Assembly (NCBI GenBank): GCA_963674965.2
Contig: CAXXFL010000001.1
Coordinates: 1,536,001 to 1,600,000, forward strand
Direction of reading: 5' to 3'
Length of the DNA stretch: 64,000 nt
Source: a bacterium
GTDB lineage: Bacteria > RBG-13-61-14 > DATKZS01
A program made the translations under genes and the position numbers. Positions 1 through 7,757 of the stretch are shown in pieces. Below the pieces are notes generated by a model. The model ran no database searches. It saw nothing but the letters and a program-made list of their open reading frames with translations, and was not told the DNA's origin. Position 1 is the first letter of the stretch. The number at the start of each line of letters is the position of its first letter.

Positions 1-211
1 GACTTCACATTTTTCCCTTTTTAACCATGGACAAACAAGGCTCAATAAGGGCGCTGCTCTTTTTTCGCCAGTCCTCTTAAGCCGATAGGAACTGGGAGGC
101 GATGTCTCTGATTGACGCATTGGGCATGAAATCGCAACGCGTTCGTAGCGACATTGCAACTTGCGCACTCTAGAACAAAGGCCGAGGGCAAAAGCAGGAA
201 CTGTAATTAGA

Positions 212-397
212 GAGCTTCTTGCAAAAGTCCTTTTCTTTGCGGCATAGCCGCTTTGGAGTGCGGTCGCTTGAGACCGCTTTCGATGGCCTTGGCTTGACAA
301 GGCCTATTAATACACCGGCTTGCCTCGCGTCAAGCCGCTCGGAAGAAAAGCGGCGTCGAGCCGCCGCACTCCAAAGCGGGAATTTTGCAAGAGGCTC
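212..397. mobile_element. MITE-like element with 15-bp terminal inverted repeats, 4-bp flanking direct repeat and internal REP-like palindromes
   Basis: GAGCTTCTTGCAAAA (212-226) and TTTTGCAAGAGGCTC (383-397) are inverted with 1 mismatch; TAGA flanks both sides (208-211, 398-401); internal perfect IR CCGCTTTGGAGTGCGG (248-263)/CCGCACTCCAAAGCGG (364-379). Confidence 0.75.
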
Positions 398-566
398 TAG
401 AAGCTAATATTTAAAGCAAAGGCTCGCGATCTTTGATAGTCGAGGCAATGATAGCGCTCAAAACACGGAATGAGGGGTTGCATCCCGCAACAAAAAACAT
501 CCGTTTATTGCGCATAAAATCCTAGTAAGTCAATGATTTTAGTGCAAATTATAATTTTTTTATTTC

Positions 567-596
567 TTGACTCTAAGTTTTTTTATGTTGTAATAT
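567..596 (+). promoter_or_regulatory. Putative sigma70 promoter of the Hmc-like operon
   Basis: TTGACT followed 16-18 nt later by TGTAAT/TAATAT in an AT-rich intergenic region. Confidence 0.4.
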
Positions 597-712
597 ATAT
601 GGAGTAATTCCATGCTGTAACTCCCCGATATTAAAGAATCCGGCGAGAAGTTAATTCAACGATAACGTTATGTAAATAGTTTGGGACGTATACAAAAAGG
701 GAGGTTTATACA

Positions 713-2101
713 ATGTCGGAACCCGCCAAAGACGAAGGTAAAAAACAGCTTGGCCTGTCCGAGCGAAAATTCGTCTTCCACATCGAGAACGCGCCCACCG
801 GCGACAGGGTTGGCCAGTTCCTTAAGGCTTTCGCGGCTGCAATGGAACATACCAACTATCGGGGCGCCCTGGATATTTATTCCAGGTCCACGGCCAAGTG
901 CGCGAGGTGCGCGGTGGCTTGCCCCATTTACGAGGTCACCGGAAACGACACGGACGTGCCGTGTTACCGTACCAACATCGTCCTCAATATTTATCGGAGA
1001 TACTTCCAGCCTTTCGGCGCCATAAGGACCCTCGGCTGGCACCTGACCGAGGGACTCATCGATGAGCTTATGGAAAGCGTATGGCGTTGCACGGCCTGCA
1101 GGAAATGCATGATGGAGTGCCCCATGGGCATCGACCACGGTTTGATGGCGCATTTCACCCGTTATATCTTCTCCGAGATCGGGATCATGCCCAAGGCCCT
1201 GCGCGTGAGCGTTCGCGAGCAGCTCGAGGGCAACACCAAGAACACCTCGGCCATTCCCGTCCCGGCGCTTACCGACACCCTCGAGTTCCTCGAGGAGGAA
1301 CTCCTGGAGATCACCGGTCAGGAGATAAAGTTCCCCATCGACCTGGCGGGCGCCGACTACCTCTTCGCCCCCGCCGTGAGCGACTTCATGATGGAGGCCG
1401 ACACCCTCATGGGCAACGCCGCCGTCATGCACGCCACGGGCTACGCCAAGCGCTGGACCATCGGCACCGGCGACTACGACGGCATCAACTACGGCCTCTT
1501 TTACAGCGACTGGGTCTGGGACAAGGTGGTCAACCAGCTCGCCCGTGAGGCCGACAGGCTCAAATGCCCCACTATCATGATCGGCGAGTGCGGACACGCC
1601 TCCCGCTCGGCCAAGGTCGGCGTTCCCCTCTTCGGACGGGAATTCGCCCGGCCCGTCGTCAACTGCATGGAGTTCGCCCACCGCATGCTCAAGGAGGGCA
1701 AGCTTCCGCTTATAAAGAACGCCATTACCGAGCCGGTCACCTACCACGACCCGTGCAACATAGCCAGGATCGGCTGGATCGTCGAGCAGCCCCGCGAGCT
1801 TATCCGGGCCTTCTGTAAGGATTTCCGTGAAATGACGCCGAACAAGCGTTATAACTACTGCTGCGGCGGCGGCGGCGGATCGGTCTCGTGCGACGAGACC
1901 TACGAGTACCGCATGGAGGTCGGCGGCAGAAGGAAAGTCGAGCAGATGAGGGCCACGGGCGCCAAGTACGTTATCGCCCCCTGCGCCAACTGCAAGAAGC
2001 AGGTCAAGGAACTAATCGACTACCACAAGCTGGACATGGAGTTGGTGGGACTTCACGACCTGATTCTCAAGGCCATCGACTGGGACAAAGTGAAGTACTG
2101 A
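713..2101 (+). CDS. (Fe-S)-binding CCG-domain protein, HmcF/TmcB/DsrK (HdrD-like) family
   Basis: CTACRKCMMECP ferredoxin motif plus ECGH, YHDPCN, CCGGGGG and APCANC motifs; GGAGG RBS. Confidence 0.9.
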   Translation: MSEPAKDEGKKQLGLSERKFVFHIENAPTGDRVGQFLKAFAAAMEHTNYRGALDIYSRSTAKCARCAVACPIYEVTGNDTDVPCYRTNIVLNIYRRYFQPFGAIRTLGWHLTEGLIDELMESVWRCTACRKCMMECPMGIDHGLMAHFTRYIFSEIGIMPKALRVSVREQLEGNTKNTSAIPVPALTDTLEFLEEELLEITGQEIKFPIDLAGADYLFAPAVSDFMMEADTLMGNAAVMHATGYAKRWTIGTGDYDGINYGLFYSDWVWDKVVNQLAREADRLKCPTIMIGECGHASRSAKVGVPLFGREFARPVVNCMEFAHRMLKEGKLPLIKNAITEPVTYHDPCNIARIGWIVEQPRELIRAFCKDFREMTPNKRYNYCCGGGGGSVSCDETYEYRMEVGGRRKVEQMRATGAKYVIAPCANCKKQVKELIDYHKLDMELVGLHDLILKAIDWDKVKY

Positions 2102-2116
2102 GTAAGGAGCAGTTAA

Positions 2117-2827
2117 ATGGACAAGATATTGGATTTCGTCGGAGGACCGCTTTTTACGGCCGCTTTCCTCTTCATGGCCCTGGGACTTCTCAGGCTGGTA
2201 ATCCTGCAGATTTATGAAATCACCAGGGTCATGGTCAACACTCGGGATAAAACCTATCCCTGGTCCAAAAATTTCAAGGAGTTCTTCTCCTGGGCCGTTC
2301 CCGGAAAAAACCACGTCAGGGTCAAGCCCATATTCTCGGTGGCCAGCTTCATATTCCATATCGGCCTGGTGCTGGTCCCCATCTTCTTCGTGGGTCACCT
2401 GGCCCTGTGGAAAAGCGGTCTGGGAATGTCGGGCCCGGCCGCTGGACTTAACTACCCCATCTCGACCGCGCTGACCATCGTGACCATCGCGGCGGGAGTC
2501 TTCATGCTTTGCTACCGTATCTTCAGCCAGAGCATGAGGTTCCTCAGCGGCTTCATGGATTATTTCCTGCTCGTCCTTCTTCTAGTGCCCTTTATCACCG
2601 GGTTCCTTATGGTCCATCCCGCCCTCTTGCCCGTGAGCTATAACGCGATGTACCTGGTGCATATGCTCAGCGCCGAGTTGGTGATATTCCTCATCCCCCT
2701 TACCAAGATGGCCCACGTCATACTCTATCCTTTCGACCGCTTCAGCTCGGACCTTTACTGGCGCCTCACTGGCGAGGGATCGCATAAGGTCGCCGAGATC
2801 ATGCGGGGCGACGACCTCAAGGCCTGA
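2117..2827 (+). CDS. NarI-family cytochrome b membrane subunit, HmcE/TmcC/DsrM-like
   Basis: About five TM helices with His in FHIGL, VGHL, VHML and KMAH; adjacent to the HmcF-like gene. Confidence 0.85.
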   Translation: MDKILDFVGGPLFTAAFLFMALGLLRLVILQIYEITRVMVNTRDKTYPWSKNFKEFFSWAVPGKNHVRVKPIFSVASFIFHIGLVLVPIFFVGHLALWKSGLGMSGPAAGLNYPISTALTIVTIAAGVFMLCYRIFSQSMRFLSGFMDYFLLVLLLVPFITGFLMVHPALLPVSYNAMYLVHMLSAELVIFLIPLTKMAHVILYPFDRFSSDLYWRLTGEGSHKVAEIMRGDDLKA

Positions 2828-2847
2828 GGAAGCGAAGGAGATAAAGC

Positions 2848-3720
2848 ATGACCTACGCCATGAGAGTATTAAGGGACATTCTTTGGATAGTCGTTTTCTT
2901 CGCCGTGTCCGTGCTTATATACAGGGCCGTTACCGGCGCTCCCCTGGCCACCGGGGCCTCGAACGCCGTTATAGTAATCGCCGCCCTGGCCGCGGGCCTT
3001 CTGGCGATCCTTCCATTCGTGGCCAAGTTCAAGCCGGGAGACCCCAAGCGGGTTACCGCCTTCGACATGACCACCATTACCAGCCAGTTCGCCATGCGCG
3101 ACTCGGCGGCCCGGGTCACCCTGCTGGCCGTCATGGCCGTGCCCCTGGCGGGCGGACTCCTGCACGCGGGCGTCCTGGACGGCAAGCCCTCCCCCAGCCC
3201 CGTGGACGTGCCCAGGGCCAGGGACGCCATGAGGACGGAACTGGTGCTGGACGGGAACAGGAACGGCGACGAGGTGGTTTTCGACCACCGGGGCCACCAG
3301 GAGCGGACCGGCGGCCAGGACGGATGCGTCAAGTGCCACCACTATAGCGCCCCCGGCGACAAGACCTCGTCCTGCTACGGATGCCACGCGGACATGAAGT
3401 CCGAGACCAATATCTTCAACCACGAGTATCATCAAAAGAGGCTGGGGAACGTGGACTCCTGCCCCCAGTGCCACGGCGACTATCAGGAAAAATCGGCCGC
3501 CGCGGCCAAAGGCTGCGTCGAGTGCCACGCCGAGGACATGGGCCTGAAAAAGGGAGAAAAATTGAATCCCATGGCCCCCAGCTATCCCAACGCCATGCAC
3601 GCGGGCTGCGTGGGATGTCACCGCGAGAACGCGGACAAGACCGACAAGAAGAACCTCTCCGCCTGCGATACCTGCCACCAAGCGGTAGGTCATGAAGCCC
3701 AGGAGCTTGATCTCCAGTAA
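2848..3720 (+). CDS. Membrane-anchored hexaheme class III (c3-type) cytochrome c
   Basis: Six CxxCH motifs (CVKCH, CYGCH, CPQCH, CVECH, CVGCH, CDTCH), FDH/FNH distal-His motifs, about three N-terminal hydrophobic helices. Confidence 0.9.
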   Translation: MTYAMRVLRDILWIVVFFAVSVLIYRAVTGAPLATGASNAVIVIAALAAGLLAILPFVAKFKPGDPKRVTAFDMTTITSQFAMRDSAARVTLLAVMAVPLAGGLLHAGVLDGKPSPSPVDVPRARDAMRTELVLDGNRNGDEVVFDHRGHQERTGGQDGCVKCHHYSAPGDKTSSCYGCHADMKSETNIFNHEYHQKRLGNVDSCPQCHGDYQEKSAAAAKGCVECHAEDMGLKKGEKLNPMAPSYPNAMHAGCVGCHRENADKTDKKNLSACDTCHQAVGHEAQELDLQ

Positions 3721-3743
3721 CGGGCCAAGTCATACCGTCTACC

Positions 3744-3780
3744 AGTCGGCTCGGGTCCCTCGGCCCGGGCCGATTTTTTT
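3744..3780 (+). terminator. Rho-independent terminator
   Basis: GC-rich hairpin AGTCGGCTCGGGTC/GGCCCGGGCCGATT followed by a T run. Confidence 0.8.
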
Positions 3781-3840
3781 CTTTATGGCATGACCCGGCC
3801 GAGGACGCTATAATGCGCCTATCGAAAAAAGGAGCGCGTC

Positions 3841-4668
3841 ATGGTTTCATTCAAGGATAAAACGGCCATCGTTACGGGAGGCGGATCGGGCATCGGCAGG
3901 GCCCTGGCGCTCGAGTTCGCGAAACGTCGCTCCAACGTCGTGATAACGGACGTCTCCAAGGAGCGTCTTGACGAGGCGGTGGATGAACTGAATCAAAAGG
4001 GCGTGAGGGCGAAAGGCTATCGCGTGGACCACTCCAGCCTCGAGGAGGTCCAGGAACTGAAGAGGAAGTTCCTCGAGGAGTGGGGCCGGGTCGACTTCAT
4101 GTGCTGTAACGCCGGCGTGGGAGCGGGCGGCCGTATCGAGGAACTGACCGTCTCGGACTGGGAGTGGCTGATGAGGATCAACTTGTGGGGAGCCATTTAC
4201 ATGGTGCAACTTTTCGTTCCCGAGATGATCTCCCAAAAAAGCGGCTCCATACTGATCACGGCCAGCGCCCTGGGCCTTTACGCGGCGCCCGCCATGGCGC
4301 CTTACTCGGCCAGCAAGTTCGCCATGGTCGGCCTGGCCGAGTCGCTTCGCCTCGAGCTTCACGCGCACAATATAAACGTAAGCGTCCTGTGCCCCGGCAT
4401 TATCGACACGAACATAGTTAAGGACGGCCGCGTTTACATGAACGACGAGGAGGGAACCAGCGCCAAGAGCAAGGTGGCCTTGTTCTACAAGACCCGGGGC
4501 ACGCCCCCCTCGGTGGTGGCCAAACACGCTCTCGACGGCCTGGCCCGGGACAAGGGCACTATCCCCTCTCCCCTCCACGCCTGGCCGCCATATATCTTGA
4601 GAAGGCTCTCGCCCGAGTTGTACCAGAAGATTATCAGGTACGTGTTTAAAAAGGGATGGATTCTTTGA
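3841..4668 (+). CDS. SDR family NAD(P)-dependent oxidoreductase
   Basis: TGGGSGIG, CNAG and YSASK motifs. Confidence 0.93.
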   Translation: MVSFKDKTAIVTGGGSGIGRALALEFAKRRSNVVITDVSKERLDEAVDELNQKGVRAKGYRVDHSSLEEVQELKRKFLEEWGRVDFMCCNAGVGAGGRIEELTVSDWEWLMRINLWGAIYMVQLFVPEMISQKSGSILITASALGLYAAPAMAPYSASKFAMVGLAESLRLELHAHNINVSVLCPGIIDTNIVKDGRVYMNDEEGTSAKSKVALFYKTRGTPPSVVAKHALDGLARDKGTIPSPLHAWPPYILRRLSPELYQKIIRYVFKKGWIL

Positions 4669-4880
4669 CGCCTCCCGGCCCGATCTCCTGAAAGCATTTT
4701 ACGGCCATATCCGTCTTGGCTTGGCAAATGAAATGAGATAATTTGGATCAAAGGCATACGCCGGCCGGTCCTCGCGGCCACTGGCTGAGCTAATTTTTCT
4801 TCAAATTGACCGCGTACCGACAAGGATGATTCCGCGTGGAACCGGAATTTACGCTGGGCCACCTTCGACAAGGCGTTATA

Positions 4881-6077
4881 TTATCCTGGACTTACGGGCC
4901 TAAGCAGGGCGGCCGTGGCCTTGCCCAGGCGCCAGACTAAAAAGGCGTTGGCCTTGCCCTCCGCCACCTTGGGCGCGACGATGGCCGCCGCCCCGGCGAG
5001 GCCGTCGGCCCCCTGGAAGATGAGTTCCGAGACCTGCTCGAAAATCTCCTCGATCTCGCTCGCCACGTAGGCGTAGACGAAGGCCCGGCCCATGATGGCC
5101 GCCGTGCCGGCCGCTCCCATCCTCAGGTTGTAGACCGCGCAAAGGTCCCCAATTAATTGGAAGCTCGAGTAGGCCACGATAAGGGTATCAACCAGTCCGC
5201 TGGGAGTGGCCGCGGTTTTGAGGCCGACCTTTAACGCCCTGGCCCGGATCACGCGGGAGGCAACGCGATCGAGCCGGGCCTGGAAACCGTCGCGGAACCG
5301 GACAATCCACTCGTCGGCCGCGGGGGCCAGGTCCTTGTTTAGGAGCATTTCCTTTTGCCCGGCCAGGAACTCGAGGTCGTTCGCCTCGAAACCCAGCGCC
5401 GTCAAGCCGACCCTCCCCTTCTTGTCCTTCAGGGGATACTCGGACAGGTACTTCTCGAGCTCGGTCTTGGCCTTGTCAAGTCTGCGGGACGCGACCTTCC
5501 TAAGCTCTCCCCTCTTGGATAACTCGCTTAAAATCTGGAAGCGGACCTCGGGGTTACGGGCCAGACGGGCGTATAAAAAAGCCAGCCTGCCGCCGGCCAG
5601 GGCCACGGCCCCGCTCATAATCCCGAGCGCCCCGTACCACAGGTATTGCGCCCATTGGGGCTGGGAGGCTATCTTGTCCAGCAGGGTGAGGACCTCGTTG
5701 GAAACGACCAGCCCCGCGATGGAGGCCGCCGCCGCGACGAGAAGAAGCGAGGTGGAGTTGAAAAGGAAACGGGGAAGCTTGAAGCTTTGCTTTTCGGTCA
5801 TGATCGCGTCCACGAGCCTTTCCATTTCCTCGTCTTCCCGCCGCCGGATGCTCTCCTTTTCCGCCTCCGTCAAAAAGGACGTGTGGCCGGGAAGCTGGAC
5901 CGGGGTACCGAGCCCCGTGTCGCCCTTGCGGATTCCCTCCGGGAGCAGGTCCGTCTCCGGGCGGGAGGTAACGTCGGCCGCCTTTTTCAGTTCCCGCTCG
6001 GAGGCGATCACCTCCTCCTCCGGGCGAAGCGACATGACCGGAACGCCGGGCCTGGTCTTGACTTTGTTCATTCCCAT
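4881..6077 (-). CDS. ycjF: YcjF family (DUF697) membrane protein
   Basis: Two TM helices followed by a DUF697-like C-terminus (TAATPSGLVD, EGKANAFLVWRLG); directly downstream of ycjX. Confidence 0.8.
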   Translation of the reverse strand: MGMNKVKTRPGVPVMSLRPEEEVIASERELKKAADVTSRPETDLLPEGIRKGDTGLGTPVQLPGHTSFLTEAEKESIRRREDEEMERLVDAIMTEKQSFKLPRFLFNSTSLLLVAAAASIAGLVVSNEVLTLLDKIASQPQWAQYLWYGALGIMSGAVALAGGRLAFLYARLARNPEVRFQILSELSKRGELRKVASRRLDKAKTELEKYLSEYPLKDKKGRVGLTALGFEANDLEFLAGQKEMLLNKDLAPAADEWIVRFRDGFQARLDRVASRVIRARALKVGLKTAATPSGLVDTLIVAYSSFQLIGDLCAVYNLRMGAAGTAAIMGRAFVYAYVASEIEEIFEQVSELIFQGADGLAGAAAIVAPKVAEGKANAFLVWRLGKATAALLRPVSPG

Positions 6078-6093
6078 CCGGTCCTCCTTGGCG

Positions 6094-7485
6094 CTACTCG
6101 GCGAAGTCCTCGTCCATGAGGAACTCGAGCACGCTGGACATCCCGATCTGGCGGGGAGGAAGGTCCCGCCTCCTCGGCATGAGCGGATATACGTCGGGAA
6201 AGCAGTAATCGCCTTCCTTCCACTGGGCGTCCCATTCCTCGGGTACCCGGCTTACGCGGTACTTGCGCATCCGCTCGTCCCGCCCCAGGCAATCGCCCTT
6301 TTCGTCGATAATGGGAAAACCCGCCAAAAAGGACGAGCCCGAGTCCACCGACTCGGTCGAGACCACCGCGCTGACCGCGTTGAAATGGGTCCGAAGCCCC
6401 TCCACGTCGGCGGCCTTTTTCCATATCATTTTTTTAAGGAGTCCCACCATCCTGGCGCGGTCGTCGGGATGGACCTTGTCCGCCTTGGAGGCGGCGAATG
6501 CGATGCGCGTGATGCCGGCTGGACGCCACTTCAGGATTCCGCCGGCCTGGAAGAGGTCGAGCAGGGCGCGGGGCGCTCGATCGAGAAGCCCGGCCCCGGG
6601 ATCGAGGGCGTGGAGGAGAAGCTCGAGAATCTCCCGGTTATCGTCGTACATGCCCACGCCCGCGGCCAGGAGGGTGGTAATATCAACCAGAACCACCAGC
6701 CGGTGGCAGTCCTTCAGATAGCTCGTAATGGGAGAGGCCACGCGGCTCACGTAGTCGTCGAAGCGCGACTCGAAGGCTCGGGCCAGGCCGGGATCGAGTT
6801 CCCGGAGCCGCGCCGACATGGGGGCGAACTGGCTGGTCTGGCTTATCCCGGAGGACCTTTGCCTGGCCACGGTTTCGGCGTCGGCCATGGCGGCCCTGTC
6901 TCCCGAGGTCCCGAGCAGGAAGGTGGAGGGACTGACGAGCGGCTTGTAGTTCAAGATGAGGTTGGCCATGGCCAGCTTGTAGGCGTGGACCAGTTGTTCC
7001 TCCAAGGCCGCGTCCTTTTTCTGCAGGGCCAGGAAATCCCCGGCGTGCTCGCGGTAGTCGCCCTGGTTGGCCAGGTGTCCGAGCATGAAGTCCGACCATC
7101 TCGAATAGGACCCGTGCTCGACCATGACCACGTCGGCAATGCGCTCTCCCGGGAAATCGAAGAACTCGAGCTCGGCCCTGGTGAACCTCCAATCGGAGCG
7201 CTCGAATGAGCAGCGGTAATAGGAGACGTCGGCCGTCTTCTCGGGCCATGAGCCCTTGTTGACCAGGCTGTCGCGATTCCCCTCGTAGTTGAAGGCGGCC
7301 CTCCCGTCGCCCGCGGGCAGGGGCTGGAACCTTCGCGCGGAGACCTCGCCGTCCCCCATGGGCAAAAGGGAAGGGTCGTGGTCGCGCAGGTGGTTGATAA
7401 GGGAGGTCAGGAACACGGTCTTGCCCGAGTTGTAAAGCCCGGTTACGCCTATCCTCCTCCTCCACGTGTAAATCTTGGGCGCCAT
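6094..7485 (-). CDS. ycjX: YcjX family P-loop GTPase
   Basis: IGVTGLYNSGKTVFLTSL, DFPGE and FAASKAD motifs. Confidence 0.88.
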   Translation of the reverse strand: MAPKIYTWRRRIGVTGLYNSGKTVFLTSLINHLRDHDPSLLPMGDGEVSARRFQPLPAGDGRAAFNYEGNRDSLVNKGSWPEKTADVSYYRCSFERSDWRFTRAELEFFDFPGERIADVVMVEHGSYSRWSDFMLGHLANQGDYREHAGDFLALQKKDAALEEQLVHAYKLAMANLILNYKPLVSPSTFLLGTSGDRAAMADAETVARQRSSGISQTSQFAPMSARLRELDPGLARAFESRFDDYVSRVASPITSYLKDCHRLVVLVDITTLLAAGVGMYDDNREILELLLHALDPGAGLLDRAPRALLDLFQAGGILKWRPAGITRIAFAASKADKVHPDDRARMVGLLKKMIWKKAADVEGLRTHFNAVSAVVSTESVDSGSSFLAGFPIIDEKGDCLGRDERMRKYRVSRVPEEWDAQWKEGDYCFPDVYPLMPRRRDLPPRQIGMSSVLEFLMDEDFAE

Positions 7486-7757
7486 TTTAGCTCCGTGAAT
7501 AGTATAGCCAAAGGCCCGGGATTTTTCAGAAAATCAAAGAGTCAAACGTCTTTGCCGCTTGGATCTTCCTTTGCTTAGCGCGTTACGCTTTCTCGGTCAG
7601 CTCTTATTGGACGGCGCCGCTTTACCTGATATAATCGCCGCTAATCCGGCGCGTTTATAAATAACCTGATTGGCAATGATTTTTAACAATAGGTTTTCGC
7701 GTCTGGCCGTGGTTTAATCGCCGGTATCATTCATTGCATGAGTCGCAAAAGGAAGAA

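Noticed and set aside
219-407. 62-aa ORF
   Set aside because: It lies almost entirely within the MITE palindromes and has no protein features.
5206-7209. 667-aa plus-strand ORF and other long antisense ORFs (668-1747, 28894-30198, 31208-32575, 48079-49185)
   Set aside because: All lie opposite well-supported genes and read like codon-bias shadows.
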